A stretch of 64,000 nucleotides of DNA from the human T2T-CHM13v2.0 reference genome, Homo sapiens, in assembly GCF_009914755.1 (NCBI RefSeq), contig NC_060947.1. One strand, given 5' to 3'. Both the position numbers and the translations under genes were made by a program. The notes beneath the pieces are model-generated. The model searched no databases, was not told where the DNA came from, and worked only from the letters and a program-made list of their open reading frames with translations. Shown in pieces: positions 61,201 to 64,000 of this stretch (position 1 is the first letter of the stretch; every line of letters begins with the position of its first letter).

Positions 61201-62279
61201 AAGGGTGTGCATTTCCAGCATCGAAATATGAGCTTTGCACTAGTTGTGTATCTCCACCTTCCCTGTCAGTTGTAACTTCCTACTCTTTGGCAGCCCGGCC
61301 TTGATAACATATTGCCTCAAATCTCAGTGCTGCTTCTGCTCTGCTGGTAGGCCTAGGAATCAACGGCAAGTAACGACCTACTATGTGGAGGCCGTGAGAA
61401 AGATTTCTGAATGAAGTCCACCTGCACATGGACTTTATTGCAACTACACCGGCTGCTGAGATGGTGGGAGGGATTTGACTTTTTCTCATTCTTGATTGAA
61501 TATCAAACAGATGACAGGGTAGCCAGGTTTGAGATCTTAGATGGTGAGTAAGGAAGGATCTAGAGAACACAATGTCCAAGCTCAGGTTCTAGGGTGCTGA
61601 AAGCCTGGAGTACAGCAGAGTACTGGCAGCTGCTTGTTACTCAATAGAAGTGGTACTCAGACACTCGGATCTCACTAACGGTCTCAAAGGATGACATGTT
61701 CTCCAGAAACATGGCCTCTTCTTTGGTGAAGTCATTGACCCTGTGCCAAGATGCTTGTCAATTAGCCATTTGACGAAAAGGCAATTCTTCTAAATGTTTC
61801 CTCAGCAAGACCCACGACACAAAATTTGTCTGGGGACACTTGCATTTGTCACCTTTCTAACTGCCAGCTATTATTAAAGGCATTAGAATAGACCTAGAGT
61901 AACTATTTCACCATTAACATAAAGATGGCTTTTAAGTTGTCCTGGAATAAAAGAAATTGTGAGACTGTTCAAATGTAAGAGGTCAAGAACCCAAGTGAGT
62001 GGCTGTTTCATTTTTTTAAGTATCTAATAATTTGCATGTAAGAGATTTCATACAATGAAATGAGTTGAAAAATGAAGGTGGGAATAATGTTTATCTTACC
62101 TTTCTAAGTCACAAAAGGTACTACAGAACTGAAATGTCATACCAGCCCAATGAATTTTTATAAGCTACCCATTTTGTACTGTCTGTTAAATAATACTGTT
62201 CTTAGATTCATCATCAAAAATCCCTCAGAATCGTTCTTATTTTAAAATCTAACCAGAAAATATAGTTGACATCCAACTC

Positions 62280-62495
62280 ATCAGCATTCTTATTAATGTG
62301 TGTCAAGCTATATGGCAGGTCCTATACTGTGTACCATATATTTTATCTCCTGCATCCTTGGCAACGACCCAGTGTGGCAGATATTAACACCATTTTATAG
62401 CTGGGGAAACTGAGGTCCAGAGAATTGAAATATCTTGCTCCAAGTCACACAACTAATAAGAGGTAGAGCCAGAATTTGAACTGAGGTATTTCTTC
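62280..62495 (-). mobile_element. MIR
   Basis: CCATTTTATAGCTGGGGAAACTGAGGTCCAGAG...CAAGTCACACAACTAATAAGAGGTAGAGCCAGAATTTGAAC. Confidence 0.85.
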
Positions 62496-64000
62496 TTTTT
62501 TGCTACTATCTGTTCAATAATCAACCAATAGTAGCCATGTGGCTCTGCATAGACTATGGTGGGAAATCACTTGGCCAAGGTTTGCTCCCCCTTTGTAGAA
62601 GATGAGAGACCAGTTTTCACAGCCATATAAATTGTGAAATGCCTCTCTCGCATAATCTCATATTTGGTCCCATTGACAAGCCAATCCAACATTTTCTTCC
62701 AATGAGACATAGAAAGTTGGAATATTTATTTATGAGAACGAGTCTACATCACCTTCCAATTAGGGGCTCACATGCCCTACTTGGGCAGCCTACCTCCATA
62801 ACATTAACACCTTGAGATGACTTGTATCTAGAGGCATACCATTTGTATTTACTGAATAAATAAATGAGATTATTATTCATTATTACAAAGGGGATGCTGC
62901 AAAAAGGGGGTCTCTGACAGTGAACTGGGTGAGACCCAAATGAGATGAAAGAGTTTTAGGAATGAAACAGTGTGTTTTCAGGAGCAGTGTGTTTCTCCAG
63001 CCCCAAGACCCTTTATAGAAACAAATTCGTTTGGAACAGATTTGCTGTGTTGATGAATTCACCCATTATGACTTGGGCAACATGGGTGAGACAACATGTT
63101 CTCCTGGCACAAATACCGATCTTAGATTCTCTTCTCTTCCTGTGGGTAGAAAGCATTTCTGAAAGAAATGGGAAACATCTGGGGAAAAATACAACAAAGC
63201 GGTGAACATCAGATGCCATCCACCAGATTAGCTCCTGAGATACATTTCCTGAGGAAGAAGAACACAACCTTAATGCAATTAGATGACAATACTGCAAGCC
63301 AACCAAGAAGCTAAAAGGTTTAGGTATCTCCCTAAGTTCTAAGTGGCTTTGTGTGCACCAGTTTAACTTTCCACCAAGATTTTAGGAGTGTGACATTAGA
63401 GCCTATGAATTTAGATAGCTCATTGGTTGTGGGACACTAACCACGCACCAGTATCAAGTATGTTTTTAGATCCCTCAAACATGAGGAGAATTCAGGTAGA
63501 GTATTGCATGCTACCACCTACTGCAGACTCGGACACAGCTCTGAATTTCTATTATGGCCTTATTTATAACTTTCAGACTTCATTAATTTGGGTAGAATTA
63601 TGATTTGGCTTTGGCTTTTTATTAAGGTTGTGTGTGACAAAAAAGTTATGCTTTCAATTTGTAAAAGCAAATACCTACGTGAGACCTGTCATGGCCAGCA
63701 TGAGCTGCAGACAGTCACGCTGATGGGGTTAATTGCCATTTTAAAATAATTCACTGCCTCCAGATTGATTCTTCTGTGTTTTGTCTTTACACAACATTAC
63801 TGTTTCTCACTCTAATTATTCAATGCTAAGTTCATACTTCTGAAGCAGGAGATTGGAGTCAGAGGAAATGGTGTTTGATTTGTTGCCATGGAAACATCTC
63901 GCTGTAGATGGACTCTAATCCCATGACAACTCTCTCTCTCTTAAGAACCATTTTTTTCTGACATAATAAAAATCTGATCAAGGTCAGATTTAATAACCAT

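Overview
Primate (catarrhine, probably hominoid) genomic DNA, intronic or intergenic, CpG-depleted and with no CpG island. By eye well over half of it is fossil transposable elements. The first 18.6 kb is a nested cluster of L1 elements (L1PA, L1MA and older L1M). The rest holds a complete two-LTR THE1B (ERVL-MaLR) provirus, a 5'-inverted L1PA4-like element, several Alus, many MLT/MST/ERVL solo LTRs, DNA-transposon MITEs (Tigger3, Tigger2a, MER2, MER5, MER53, MER58A, Arthur1A-like), L2/MIR relics and microsatellites. I recognise no protein-coding exon, RNA gene or CRISPR array. The ORFs in the track are L1, Alu or THE1 fragments or chance ORFs. I found no evidence for a new biological system. 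The best observations concern insertion mechanics: twin priming, probable 3' transduction, a deletion linked to an insertion, template-switch palindromes and nesting. There are also a few weak regulatory or exon candidates. Subfamily names come from recalled consensus sequences and need a RepeatMasker/Dfam check. Boundaries of old elements are approximate.
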